Source of the DNA: a virus
Lineage: Duplodnaviria > Caudoviricetes
Length of the DNA stretch: 53,002 nucleotides
Virus record (IMG/VR): IMGVR_UViG_3300015024_000006
Coordinates: 1-53,002 of that record
Reading direction: 5' to 3' (one strand)
Part shown: positions 1 to 9,841 of the stretch, in pieces
Numbering within the stretch: position 1 is the first letter of the stretch
Layout of the letters: each line of letters opens with the position of its first letter
Position numbers and translations under genes: made by a program
Notes under the pieces: generated by a model
What the model saw: the letters and a program-made list of their open reading frames with translations, nothing else
The model's database searches: none
What the model was told of the DNA's origin: nothing

Positions 1-270
1 CTCACTGCTGAGATTGAGTACGTTGGCATTGGTCCCTGCTGCTGCTTTCAGAATCGAGGATCGTCCCGCGCCAATGATGAGGCAATTACTCGGCACGAGC
101 AGATCCGCACTGATGATGTAGGTACCGCTTGGAATGAAGACACTACCGCCGCCACTGGCAGCAGTGAGCGCAGCCTGAATGGAGGCGGTATCGTCGGTAG
201 AGCCATTGCCCAGAGCGCCGAACTGTTTGACGTTGCTGTAGTTGGTGGGCACCAATGCGATAAAGGTCAT
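1..270 (-). CDS. 5' part of tailspike/depolymerase gene spanning the circular junction (continues at 51447-53002; 565 aa in total)
   Basis: ATG at 270 with an AGGAG RBS. MTFIALVPTNYSNVKQFGALGNGSTDDTASIQAAL...VFIPSGTY is the pectate_lyase_3-type N-terminal motif, in frame with ORF 51447..52970 across the overlap. Confidence 0.85.
   Translation of the reverse strand, partial: MTFIALVPTNYSNVKQFGALGNGSTDDTASIQAALTAASGGGSVFIPSGTYIISADLLVPSNCLIIGAGRSSILKAAAGTNANVLNLSSE
3..128. repeat. 126-bp terminal direct repeat (circular assembly overlap), left copy
   Basis: 3-128 is identical to 52877-53002. Joining the ends restores one continuous ORF. Confidence 0.95.
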
Positions 271-281
271 GACTGCTGCTC

Positions 282-2651
282 CTAACTATGCGTACCGACG
301 TTGTAGCGTATGGCATCCGCGAGGTAGGGCAGGATCGCCGTGGCCAGCGTGCGACCATCTAACACGAGGTTCACGGGTTGTGTGCTGCCGCCGTTGCTGG
401 CACTGTTCCTGCCACCATTGTTGCCCCCTGCCACACCGCCGCCCCCTGCGATGCTGTTGAGGCGATTATTGGGCGTCACCTGTGCACCCTTTGGCAGATA
501 CACCAGTTCTGGCCCTTTTTCACCAACCATCGCCAGACCCCCAGGAGCATTATCCGTGCCCTCGGCAAAGCCCGCCCAGTTGGCTATGCCCCCGATGCCT
601 GGGATATTGTTCACCGCATTTTTGATGGTATCGCCGATGCGCCCAGCCGCCGATCCGAGTTGCCCGATCAATCCAGAGATACCGTCGATGACATGTTGCA
701 CGATGCCGCGCCCGAAGTTTGCCGCGCCTGCCAGGATACCATCCCAGGTCGATGATATTTTTGTGCCGATGGAAGCAAGCCCCCCCGCGATTTTTCCTGG
801 CAAAGATTCGATCCCATTGACAACATTGATCACCAAATCCGAAACACTCTTGACCGCATTGTCTTTGAATTGTCCCAGTTTTCCGAGGACCGATCCGAGA
901 AAATCCCCGATAGCGCCGAACATTCTACCGATGCCATCTTTCAGGTTGCCAAACCACCCAAGCAGATCACCGATGACACCGATGATATCCCCAAGTGTGC
1001 CAATTAGCCAACCGATGATGGTGATTGCGATATTGAGTGCAGGGCCTACCACGTTTTGCAGCACCCACCCGATCAGACGAAACGCAGGGATGAGGATCGG
1101 TGTGATTTTGCCGATCAGGTTTTCGATCGGCGGGATCAGTTTGGTCATGATGGTTGATGCGATGCTCTCGACGGTCGGCACGACATCGGTTTTGATGACC
1201 TCGGCCAGTGTCCGCAACACGGGTAAAATCGTCTTATCGAACCAGAGGGAGAATTGTTCCGCAGCAGGAATCACATCCTTGATAATGAAGGTGGCGATCG
1301 AGGTGATAGCGGGTACGACATCGGCCTTGATGATCTGTGCCAGTTGTCCCAACATCGGCAGGATATTTTTCACATACCAGTTCCCGAATTGTACTGAGGC
1401 TGGCAAGACGGTCCCCATGATAAAGCTACCCAGTTGCGATAACGCGCCCATTGTCTCGCCTTTGACGACCTGTGCCAACAGCGTCAGCGCTTGGTTTGGT
1501 TTGCTGAGGGCATCAAGGAAACCGCTGAGTGCTGGCATCACATTCGTCGTGAACAGCGTCGCGAGTTGCCCCAAGACGGGAAGCAGCAAGGTGCCAAACT
1601 TGATCGCCAGGGTGCCGACGACCTCTTTGGCTTGATCCAGTTTGAAGTTGAAATCGCCTTGCACATCCGACCAACCGATGATGCTCTTGCCGCCATTTTT
1701 GACCGCATCCCCCACGCTCTTGACGTTTGCCTTGAATTGGTCAAGATGCGTGCCACCCAGATCGAGCATCGCATTGAGGTTCTTCTGCCCACCCGCAATG
1801 GCGATCAAGGCCTTGTTATATTCGAGTGATCCGGCGGGGAATTTCTTCCCCACGGCGTCGGTAATCTCTTGTAGTGTCGCTGGCAAGCTCTCTTTCATAT
1901 CCGCATTGACTTGCTTTGCCGAGAGACCTATCGATTCAAGCGCCTTGCTGGCTGCCGACGTGGGGGATGCGAGACCTTTCAGCATCTGTCCGAGATAGGT
2001 GGCAGCATCCGCAGCAGGGACACCCTCGCCCGTCATCGTCGCCATCGCCCCTTCTACATCGTTCAGGCTCACACCAAAGCTCGATGCGATCGGCAAGACA
2101 TGCGACATCGCGCCTGCCAGATCGTTCATATGCGTCTTGCCATTGGCGACGGTGGCAATCAGACCATTGACCGCTTGTGCTGAGGTAATATTGCTGTCTT
2201 TATAGTCCGTCATCACGGTCGTCATCGCATCAGCGACGGTGCCCAGGTCAGCGACCCCTACTTTGGCTCCGCGTGCGGCATCGCCTAACGCGACGAGTGA
2301 GGCTTTGCCGTGGATGTTGGCACTATCGATGTTATACATACCAGCGATCAATTGCTGTGTCGATGTCCCTGTATCCACCGCCATCTTCAAGACGCCATCG
2401 GAGACCATTTTGAGGTTGCTCTGTGATTCACCCGCGCCTGTGACAAGCGAGGTCATGCCTGCCTGGAAGTCGCCAGCCATCAACACCGATTTGACGCCAG
2501 CGACAATCATCGCCCCGCCAGCCACCAATGCAAACGCGCCAATAGCCGCGCCAGCCGAGGCCACTTGTGCGCCCATTGCGGCAAGTTTGCTCTCAGCTTC
2601 GCCCGTATCGGCTCCTACTTTGACTTGTAACTGCGCAGCATTGACGGGCAT
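282..2651 (-). CDS. Tail tape measure protein (TP901-type)
   Basis: 789 aa, Ala/Gly-rich, with amphipathic repeats. Lies directly downstream of the tail chaperones. Confidence 0.93.
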   Translation of the reverse strand: MPVNAAQLQVKVGADTGEAESKLAAMGAQVASAGAAIGAFALVAGGAMIVAGVKSVLMAGDFQAGMTSLVTGAGESQSNLKMVSDGVLKMAVDTGTSTQQLIAGMYNIDSANIHGKASLVALGDAARGAKVGVADLGTVADAMTTVMTDYKDSNITSAQAVNGLIATVANGKTHMNDLAGAMSHVLPIASSFGVSLNDVEGAMATMTGEGVPAADAATYLGQMLKGLASPTSAASKALESIGLSAKQVNADMKESLPATLQEITDAVGKKFPAGSLEYNKALIAIAGGQKNLNAMLDLGGTHLDQFKANVKSVGDAVKNGGKSIIGWSDVQGDFNFKLDQAKEVVGTLAIKFGTLLLPVLGQLATLFTTNVMPALSGFLDALSKPNQALTLLAQVVKGETMGALSQLGSFIMGTVLPASVQFGNWYVKNILPMLGQLAQIIKADVVPAITSIATFIIKDVIPAAEQFSLWFDKTILPVLRTLAEVIKTDVVPTVESIASTIMTKLIPPIENLIGKITPILIPAFRLIGWVLQNVVGPALNIAITIIGWLIGTLGDIIGVIGDLLGWFGNLKDGIGRMFGAIGDFLGSVLGKLGQFKDNAVKSVSDLVINVVNGIESLPGKIAGGLASIGTKISSTWDGILAGAANFGRGIVQHVIDGISGLIGQLGSAAGRIGDTIKNAVNNIPGIGGIANWAGFAEGTDNAPGGLAMVGEKGPELVYLPKGAQVTPNNRLNSIAGGGGVAGGNNGGRNSASNGGSTQPVNLVLDGRTLATAILPYLADAIRYNVGTHS

Positions 2652-2663
2652 GATATGTCCCTC

Positions 2664-2909
2664 TCAGGTCTGCTTATTTTTGATGTCGTCGGCTTGTGCT
2701 TCGGCAGATGCGGCGATCACGGCTTTGTCACGCCACCAGACCGACTGCGCCATGAGATCCCAGGGGGCCACGCCTAAGTATTTGGCGGCTTGCATCAGGC
2801 TATACCAGTCAGGACACCATGCGGTCGCTGTCTCTTCGCCTAATACCAACCAGCGACGCAAGGCGACTAGCTCTGGGTCTGGGCCGTCGCTGGCCTCTTC
2901 GCGTTTGGG
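2664..2909 (-). CDS. Tail assembly chaperone C-terminal extension (gpT-like), reached by -1 frameshift
   Basis: The -1 frame from slippery C CCA AAC (2909-2903) reads REEASDGPDPELVALRRWL... into ORF 2664..2861. Confidence 0.8.
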   Translation of the reverse strand, partial: PKREEASDGPDPELVALRRWLVLGEETATAWCPDWYSLMQAAKYLGVAPWDLMAQSVWWRDKAVIAASAEAQADDIKNKQT

Positions 2910-3241
2910 CGTACATCTCGCACGATCGCGCCGTAGATCTCGCCGCGCAACACCATCGGCAATTGGCTGATCCGTTCGACCGTCAATGGTACGGCGATCG
3001 TCTCTTCCGCATCTTCGTAGAAGTCCCAGGATGCCACCACATCGACGATCGCCGTATCGAGTGCGGCTAGGGCGTCTTTGGTGGCTTGGGTCGTCTTGGC
3101 ATCATCGAACGTAGAGCCGATCAACATCCGATCTTGGGTGATCAGCGCGGGATGATAGACGATATTGAGGCTGCCGGTGTCGCCAAAGTCCATCGTGACG
3201 GTAGCGAGATTCGTGACCATCTTGGCAAAGCTGAGTGGCAT
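2867..3241 (-). CDS. Tail assembly chaperone (gpG-like)
   Basis: Between tail tube and tape measure, with a slippery heptamer near its 3' end. Confidence 0.8.
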   Translation of the reverse strand: MPLSFAKMVTNLATVTMDFGDTGSLNIVYHPALITQDRMLIGSTFDDAKTTQATKDALAALDTAIVDVVASWDFYEDAEETIAVPLTVERISQLPMVLRGEIYGAIVRDVRPNAKRPATAQTQS

Positions 3242-3275
3242 CGTGTGTGCTCCTAAGTTGAAATAGAATCGTTGG

Positions 3276-4292
3276 CTAGAGTGATGCGATCAGGTTCGTT
3301 ACCGTGACCATCTGTGATTTGCCCCATGTGTTGTCTTCGACGATGGTGCATTCCCATTCGATAGCGAAAACGCCTTGATCGTCAGCAAACTTTGTCGGCT
3401 TGCCCACTTTGATCGCCATATCGTGTTGGAAGACGTTGTACACCGTGCCTGGGCCATCGGCAGCGATCGCATTGCCTTGCGCATTGGCTCTCAGGTAATA
3501 GGTGACGCCACTTTGTAGGTAGCCCAAGAGCGCCATGCCTTGCGCGTCGGCTTCCAGTTTCAGCTTGAATTTGCTGGCAGGGACCGTATCGACATGCGCG
3601 GCCCATGATGCGTTGGTACGGTTGAACACCCAGAGCGGGCTATACACGCCAGCAACCGCAAAGTCGATCGAGAGCGCACGCAATAACTGTGTGGTGCCTA
3701 GCGCTGCCGCTGATGAGTCAAGATAGAGGTTCAAATGCTTCGAGACGATCGGCGCTATGGGGACCGCGACGGGGGATGCGGTGAGGGTGATCGCGTCTTG
3801 CAAGGGTTGCGCGATCATCTTCGTGCCATTCAGCGTGATATCGGTACGGGTGCCTTTGTACCCAAAATCGGTAAAGAGGCCGTAGGCAAGGCTGTGTGCG
3901 CGTACCGCGTCGCCTTGCTCGATCGAGAGCGTTTGAGGCACGATCGATCCAGTGATCGGCGGCGTAAATATCCAGTCTTTCGCGGTGACAGACGTACCAT
4001 GCGCGACAGGAGAAGCAGCGCCAAAGACACCGCCAAGCGGATAGATCACGCCGTTATAATCCATGTTCCCAGAGACATCGACTGACGACCATTCTTTGTT
4101 TTCCTCTTGGGTGCTCGGATACTTTCTGCCAGTTCCGCGATAAAAATTAACATCGGCATCGATACCGATGTCAAAGCTGAACATCTCTAACAGCTTGGTA
4201 CAGGCAACTTTCGTGCCCAATGCGGTCAAGCTCTCAGCACCTACGGCTATATGCTGATTGACGGTGGTTCTCTCTGCTGTCCATGTTGGCAT
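3276..4292 (-). CDS. Major tail tube protein
   Basis: 338 aa, beta-rich, canonical position between tail terminator and chaperones. Confidence 0.8.
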   Translation of the reverse strand: MPTWTAERTTVNQHIAVGAESLTALGTKVACTKLLEMFSFDIGIDADVNFYRGTGRKYPSTQEENKEWSSVDVSGNMDYNGVIYPLGGVFGAASPVAHGTSVTAKDWIFTPPITGSIVPQTLSIEQGDAVRAHSLAYGLFTDFGYKGTRTDITLNGTKMIAQPLQDAITLTASPVAVPIAPIVSKHLNLYLDSSAAALGTTQLLRALSIDFAVAGVYSPLWVFNRTNASWAAHVDTVPASKFKLKLEADAQGMALLGYLQSGVTYYLRANAQGNAIAADGPGTVYNVFQHDMAIKVGKPTKFADDQGVFAIEWECTIVEDNTWGKSQMVTVTNLIASL

Positions 4293-4304
4293 GATAGCTG
4301 CCTC

Positions 4305-4724
4305 CTATGATCCTTGTAATTGAATGCGGTACATGCCGCCCAGATGCGACCATGCGACGCCGTTGATCAGTTCGCTCATGGCAATCGTTTGCTCACGATA
4401 GCAGGCCAGCACACCGCCAGATGCCAGGGTCAATGGTCCTACACGGCCTAGCAGTGCATCGATGCGGTCAGCAATGACCACCAACACCGCATACTGTGCT
4501 GAGGGACCGATTGCCTTTACTTGCACGAGCAAATTGACGAACAAGCGTTTGACGTTCATGGTCAGGACATCCGTACCCGCTTGTTGCAGATAGAGTGCAT
4601 ACGGTGTATTCGTGCCAAGGTCTGCAAAGCCTTGCCACACCCCGCCCGTCGCTGCCGTGGTCAATGCGGTATCAGCTTTGAGAGTGGTGTTAATCCACTG
4701 GAACGCTTGCGCGATCTCTGCCAC
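4305..4724 (-). CDS. Tail terminator/completion protein (DUF3168-like)
   Basis: Size, position and the L..D..L....GGV...A......PY pattern. Confidence 0.7.
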   Translation of the reverse strand: MAEIAQAFQWINTTLKADTALTTAATGGVWQGFADLGTNTPYALYLQQAGTDVLTMNVKRLFVNLLVQVKAIGPSAQYAVLVVIADRIDALLGRVGPLTLASGGVLACYREQTIAMSELINGVAWSHLGGMYRIQLQGS

Positions 4725-5113
4725 TAGCGGATACCCCCAAAGTGCGATTCGAGTGCGCCCATTGCTGCCATGAATCCCTCACGACAGGCTTCTAATGCAG
4801 GGATGAGGAACGGGTGCGCGGCCATCTTGTGGGTACCGTACTCTAAAAACACCCCGTAATTTGCTCCCACTGCCACATACGCCGTGTGGTCATTTTCGAC
4901 AGCGGGGATCGGTGGTAGCAGATGTTGACCGCCGCCGCCATAGTCGCTGCTTTCGCTTGTGACCGCATAGGTTGATGCAGCCATGTTGCCCGTGTCCACT
5001 GCCGCCCGATTCTTGGCCTCTGCCTCGATATCGAACGCCGTTTTACGCACGATCTCGCCGGTGGTTGTATGCAGCATAGCGACGATTTGAGGGAAGTGAT
5101 TGAAGCTCAACAT
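4724..5113 (-). CDS. HK97 gp10-like neck protein
   Basis: AVDTGNMAAS, YGVFLEYGTHKMAAHPFLIPA motifs; TGATG coupling to the upstream gene. Confidence 0.85.
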   Translation of the reverse strand: MLSFNHFPQIVAMLHTTTGEIVRKTAFDIEAEAKNRAAVDTGNMAASTYAVTSESSDYGGGGQHLLPPIPAVENDHTAYVAVGANYGVFLEYGTHKMAAHPFLIPALEACREGFMAAMGALESHFGGIR

Positions 5114-5469
5114 CAGACAATCACCGTCATCAAGCACTCAGTCGAAAACGAATAGCTATCCGCATTGATGATGTTTTGTACGAGCCAGGTATGGGCATCG
5201 TAGAGGATGCGATCGGATTCCTTGATATCCGTGGTCTGGGCAAATCGCATCATCACCGCCCATTGCGCCCCGATGACATCCGCATAGGTGGTCAATTGCG
5301 TGGCTGAGGGCTGAAAGACATTGACCTTGGGGGTGCTAATTGGCCCCCACGCTTCCGTGCTATGCCCATAGCCATCGGGTGTCACACTCTTGCGTTGTAC
5401 CGTGATCGTGACATCGAATGACCCGATGACCACGGCTTGCATCGCGGCGATTTCATTGGCTGACAACAT
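5113..5469 (-). CDS. Head closure/head-tail joining protein
   Basis: DGYG..W and DIKESDRI patterns plus position. Confidence 0.75.
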   Translation of the reverse strand: MLSANEIAAMQAVVIGSFDVTITVQRKSVTPDGYGHSTEAWGPISTPKVNVFQPSATQLTTYADVIGAQWAVMMRFAQTTDIKESDRILYDAHTWLVQNIINADSYSFSTECLMTVIV

Positions 5470-6070
5470 CGCCTAATCCCCCTAGTTCTAGTGATACGGC
5501 GTCATTGGCGCGTGCAATATCATTACGGCGGATATGCGTTGATCGTGGCATCGACTGGGCGCGATGATTGTCGGCTAGTCGCTGCATATTCGGGATGATC
5601 TGACCACGTGAAAAGGATTGACGATCGCTCACGAAATTATAGGCAGTGGTTGCGAGACCAGCCGCCCATTGCTCCAAGAGATCAGCAGCAGCGCCGTGGC
5701 AGTCGTAGAACTTGCCCGTAATCCAGACTGGGGGATATTGGCCCCCTGGCTGCCCATTCGAGAACTGCCAATGTCCCGTTATTGGCTCTGACAAGGTAGC
5801 CGTCAGTGGGGAATAATCCCCCCACTGCAAGACATAATCATCTTCCCAGTTTTCGATCCCCAGGCTGTAGTAATCCGCATAATTGTAGATACCACTTGTG
5901 CCGATGGTGACTTCAGGACGGAGCGATCCGTACCGAATGACATGCCTTTGCAGGTCCAATTCGTCTTGGATATCCTGATCGGCAAAGTATTCGCTGGCTC
6001 CCGCTTTGTCACCAATGTAGCGACGGGTACGGGTGATGAGCGCTGCCATGCTGATACGGACCACTGCCAT
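5453..6070 (-). CDS. Head-tail adaptor/connector
   Basis: Directly after the capsid gene; R..IGD......F.D..I pattern. Confidence 0.65.
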   Translation of the reverse strand: MAVVRISMAALITRTRRYIGDKAGASEYFADQDIQDELDLQRHVIRYGSLRPEVTIGTSGIYNYADYYSLGIENWEDDYVLQWGDYSPLTATLSEPITGHWQFSNGQPGGQYPPVWITGKFYDCHGAAADLLEQWAAGLATTAYNFVSDRQSFSRGQIIPNMQRLADNHRAQSMPRSTHIRRNDIARANDAVSLELGGLGDVVSQ

Positions 6071-6091
6071 ACTGAAACCGCCTTCTTTTGA

Positions 6092-7303
6092 CTAGCTGAG
6101 CATCGTGACAGACAGCGATGGGCGAAGCGGCGTGAAACCGTACAAAATATCGAACGCGACATACTCAGCACGATATTGGATGCTGTATTGTTTCAGGACG
6201 CGCAGGGCAATACCGCTCTCGACATCCACGATGGTCGCGGTTGCGACACCACTGCCAGCAGGGACTTCGCTGAATGGTCGCATCGCCATAATGAACGCCG
6301 ATTTGTGCGCAGCGACGTTGTATGTGGCCAGGGTGCCAGATGTGCCAGCGGCAACGGTAGCCGTGCCACCTGTCAGAGCAGCGACGTTGAGGACGATCAC
6401 CGCATTGAGGGCGGCAGCGACACCCAGGAAGGTGATCACGTAGGATGTGCCAGCGGTACCAGTGACGGCGACATTCGCGGCGATTCCAACGGAGGACAGT
6501 CCCTGCAATGCGGTCGCGAGGGTTGCGGTCGCCACGTTGAATGCCTGGGCGGCGGTCGTCTGACCGCCGATCGTGACCGTAAATGTACCGCCCGTCGCGG
6601 TAGACGTGATGGTCTGGACGTTGTTATAGTTGCTGTTGATATCAACGAACTGGGACATGTAGGGCTTGAATCCTGCAAGGTTCTGCGCGAGCTGGCCTTC
6701 TTGCAAGTCCTGTGCTGCGCTGTAGGCGAAATACTGCGCGAGGATCGGATCGGTGATGAGCGAGATTTCGTCTTTGGTGCTGAACACGGCAAATCGATCG
6801 GTCTGTGGCGCTTTGAGGGCGTTCAGTTTCTGGCGTGCATTGAACAGCATCTGCCCAACAAGGTTGGTGCCTGGGATGCCGACGGTGCCTCCCGTGGATG
6901 ACTTGATCATGCCGAACAGGTCATTCTCGAGCTTCTCCACCAATGCGACGATCGCGGGTTGGATGTAGCGCATCATCACGTCAGTGGATGCCTGCGCTTG
7001 TGCGAAATCTTCGAGCAGGAAGTCAACCGTTTGATGCTGACTCAGGGTGAGCGGAACGGATGCGCCGCCTGCTGGCGTCTGCACAACCGCAACCGAGTTG
7101 ATCGCTTTGGCTTGCGCCGTGAACGTACCAGGGTACGGGATGTTCAATTGCTTCCCTTTCCATCCCGCTTCTCCCATGTCGGTATCTGTGGTGATGAGCT
7201 TGGCAAGGCGGATCAGGTTCCGCAGGATCGGGAGTGCTTCGGCTGCCCAGACTTGCGGGAGGAAGCCGGAAGCATCGAGGATCACATTCGTAATATCTGC
7301 CAT
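6092..7303 (-). CDS. Major capsid protein (HK97 fold, P22-coat-like) with inserted beta domain
   Basis: FLPQVWA N-terminus, C-terminal FDILYG, position after the scaffold gene. Confidence 0.9.
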   Translation of the reverse strand: MADITNVILDASGFLPQVWAAEALPILRNLIRLAKLITTDTDMGEAGWKGKQLNIPYPGTFTAQAKAINSVAVVQTPAGGASVPLTLSQHQTVDFLLEDFAQAQASTDVMMRYIQPAIVALVEKLENDLFGMIKSSTGGTVGIPGTNLVGQMLFNARQKLNALKAPQTDRFAVFSTKDEISLITDPILAQYFAYSAAQDLQEGQLAQNLAGFKPYMSQFVDINSNYNNVQTITSTATGGTFTVTIGGQTTAAQAFNVATATLATALQGLSSVGIAANVAVTGTAGTSYVITFLGVAAALNAVIVLNVAALTGGTATVAAGTSGTLATYNVAAHKSAFIMAMRPFSEVPAGSGVATATIVDVESGIALRVLKQYSIQYRAEYVAFDILYGFTPLRPSLSVTMLS

Positions 7304-7340
7304 GATTTATTCCTTTTGATAGCAGATATTACTGCTACCT

Positions 7341-8039
7341 TTAGTTGCTGATGATTTTGAGCTTGCCCTCACGGGCCATCTGGATGCGCTTGGCTTGCCC
7401 TATCATGGGATCTTTGCCCATGGCGTTATATTGCTCATAGGTGACTTCTAACACGCCGCTCCCCGCAATGGCGCGCCCTGGGTTGGTTGCGCCTGGGTTG
7501 GCTGCACGTGGCGGGGTGGCATCTGGTTGCTTCAAGAGATACGGCTTGGCAGTTGCAAGATCAGACAGCGCTTTATCCAGGTTGGTCGGCTGCCCATCGG
7601 CGTCGTAGTCGATTTTGCCAGTGAGCAGGCCGATCGCGTCTTGATGATCGACAAAACCGAGTTGCAAAGCGCGGATCTGGATGTCCCGTGCGACCAATTG
7701 GCTCTGATGCTCTTTGATGCGCAATTCGGCGGCGTCTGCCCGTTTTGTGGCTTTCTCGATCTCACTCAGCTTGGCGATATCCGCATCGGCTTGGGCTTTC
7801 TCGAAGAGGTCCAATTTCTTGCGGCGATCGATGCTCTCGATACGAGTAGATTTCAAGGCGGCATCACGGTCGGCTAATTGCGCCATGAGCTCAGAGACCG
7901 TTGGAAGGGGTGTTGCGGGTGTGGGGTGTTCTGTGGGGGTCGTAGGCGTCACGCCTAGAGTAACAGGGGTTGCAGGCGTCTCGCCTGTCGTGGTAGTTCC
8001 TGGCGTCGCACCAACAACTACGTTTGCATTCGGTAGCAT
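7341..8039 (-). CDS. Capsid scaffolding protein
   Basis: Disordered P/T-rich N-terminus, coiled coil (LSEIEKA), KPYL motif; upstream of the capsid gene. Confidence 0.85.
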   Translation of the reverse strand: MLPNANVVVGATPGTTTTGETPATPVTLGVTPTTPTEHPTPATPLPTVSELMAQLADRDAALKSTRIESIDRRKKLDLFEKAQADADIAKLSEIEKATKRADAAELRIKEHQSQLVARDIQIRALQLGFVDHQDAIGLLTGKIDYDADGQPTNLDKALSDLATAKPYLLKQPDATPPRAANPGATNPGRAIAGSGVLEVTYEQYNAMGKDPMIGQAKRIQMAREGKLKIISN

Positions 8040-8097
8040 TGTAACATCTCCATACTCACTATGTCAAGTGATTTCTTTATTCTGGCTTTGATTATCG

Positions 8098-9168
8098 CTA
8101 GTCGCTGTAATCAGCGGCGTCTAGCCCTAATTCTTTGAGGCTCTTGGTATAGATCGATGGTCCCCACTCAGCACTTTGTGAGCGTCCGAGGAAGTCATCT
8201 AGGGACACATCGCCGCGATCGTAGGCGTTGTAGGCAGATGGTCCGAGGATCTGGCGTTGTGTCGCGGCGTCTTGCTCAATGAACCATTCCTGCCCTGTTT
8301 GCCACGTATCGGGACTAGCCACTTCCTGTATAGCAGCGCCTTCGATTCCTGCATCGGAGAGAATGTCGTTATAAGAGCGAGTGATCGGCACCATACTGCA
8401 ACGACAGCAAGCGTGCGATGTCATATCTTCGTCCAGATCGTGGATACTGCCGTCCTCATCCAAGCAAGCAATACAGGTTCTATCACTAAAGGAGCACGTC
8501 CAGCGCCAGGATGAAACCACATCGCTGTTTGCCTTGTAATTCTCCAAGCTGCCAGTACGATAGGCACGCATCATCTCAGTACGTGCAATGACGAGCGCTC
8601 TATTGCGATTGACGCCTAGTAGTCCTTGTATGTCTCTTGCTACATCCTTGGGATTGCGCCCCGACACCACGCCGTAGACAAGTGCTTGCCCTGCGCGTGC
8701 TGCGGTGTCTTTACCCCACCCCGCAAAAAGCTGTTGCAACGGTGAATCTGGATGCAGTGCGCCAATGGCGGCGTGTACCGCATCGGGGGATGGCACACCA
8801 AAGGCATAGGTGATACCACGCGGTACGGTACTGTCGAGGATGCCTGACGCCGCTCTGACGCCTTCCTGAGCAGCCTTGCCGATACTCTGGGTGATGCTGC
8901 CATGAGCGACCTGTGCATAGTAATCGACTTGGGCCTTGATGATGCCTTGCAGGTGATTCAGTCGGTTTTGTTCGTACAGCCAGGATGGTGATAGCTCCTT
9001 GCCCTCTGTTGCGATGTCCCGTTCCATGCGTGCAGTCAGGATATCGAGATCGGCTTGCACCTTTGGGAGCATGGCGGCATAGTGGCGCTCGATCGCGTCG
9101 GTTGCCTCATGCTCAATGACTAGCATATCCCGCTGGAATTGACGCATTACCGACTGAATATCTCCCAT
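8098..9168 (-). CDS. Minor head morphogenesis protein (SPP1 gp7/Mu gpF family)
   Basis: IARTE, DRTC..C and H..CRC motifs. Confidence 0.9.
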   Translation of the reverse strand: MGDIQSVMRQFQRDMLVIEHEATDAIERHYAAMLPKVQADLDILTARMERDIATEGKELSPSWLYEQNRLNHLQGIIKAQVDYYAQVAHGSITQSIGKAAQEGVRAASGILDSTVPRGITYAFGVPSPDAVHAAIGALHPDSPLQQLFAGWGKDTAARAGQALVYGVVSGRNPKDVARDIQGLLGVNRNRALVIARTEMMRAYRTGSLENYKANSDVVSSWRWTCSFSDRTCIACLDEDGSIHDLDEDMTSHACCRCSMVPITRSYNDILSDAGIEGAAIQEVASPDTWQTGQEWFIEQDAATQRQILGPSAYNAYDRGDVSLDDFLGRSQSAEWGPSIYTKSLKELGLDAADYSD

Positions 9169-9374
9169 TACTCAGCCCCATCTTTATCAAGATATCCTCG
9201 GATTGCCTGTTGCATCTTTTCCATATCAACAACCATTGTGGCTAATGTATCTCGCATTGATGCGAGATGCGGCGTCAGGATATCATCTTCGATCAATTGC
9301 GACGCAAGCCGATGTGCGTTCCGTAAATCAAGGATGAGCCATGATAAGAGGTTGGCTTGCTCTTGTAATTTCAT
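9168..9374 (-). CDS. Hypothetical protein
   Basis: 68-aa ORF filling the gap, coupled to its neighbours. Confidence 0.55.
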   Translation of the reverse strand: MKLQEQANLLSWLILDLRNAHRLASQLIEDDILTPHLASMRDTLATMVVDMEKMQQAIRGYLDKDGAE

Positions 9375-9376
9375 GA

Positions 9377-9841
9377 CTATTCCGTCTCTTCTTGAATGGC
9401 ATGGTTACGCCAGTCATAGTCGAATCGTGCGGCTTGCATGTACGCTACCGCATCGGTATCGGGTTGCATGTATTTGACCATATCCAAGAGAAACCTGACA
9501 ATATCAATATGCCCTTGAATGGCGGCGCGGCGCGATGTGTAGCGGTGCTGCAAATCATTGAGCCATATATCATGAATACATGGTAACGTCTCCCAAAGAA
9601 GCGGCGGTCCTTCACCCATAAAATTATGATCGTAAAATAGGAATACCGTAGAGACGTATAGCCCAACCTTGGTAACATCTACCACGTCATGTGCGTCACC
9701 CGATTGTAAGTCAATGTCAGTCAATGCGATCTGATTGAGTGTATCAGTACGATTAAGTCGATTATCCGTGATGGGGATAGGTGGCTCATCGCTGGTAGTC
9801 ACATCTCCAACGGGCCGATACCAGAGTGGTTTCATCGTCAT
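9377..9841 (-). CDS. Hypothetical protein
   Basis: 154 aa, ATGA overlap with the portal stop, lower GC than flanks. Confidence 0.65.
   Translation of the reverse strand: MTMKPLWYRPVGDVTTSDEPPIPITDNRLNRTDTLNQIALTDIDLQSGDAHDVVDVTKVGLYVSTVFLFYDHNFMGEGPPLLWETLPCIHDIWLNDLQHRYTSRRAAIQGHIDIVRFLLDMVKYMQPDTDAVAYMQAARFDYDWRNHAIQEETE

Noticed and set aside
1-128. Terminal repeat as physical genome ends
   Set aside because: It falls mid-gene, its length fits an assembler k-mer overlap, and bases 1-2 mismatch. It indicates circularity, not real terminal repeats.
340-2970. Long plus-strand ORFs (340..1635, 2239..2970)
   Set aside because: Antisense shadows of the tape measure gene with no motifs or RBS.
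8038-8067. TTGACA-18-TACAAT promoter before the scaffold gene
   Set aside because: Its -10 overlaps the RBS-supported ATG at 8039, so it cannot produce the full ORF. Left uncalled.
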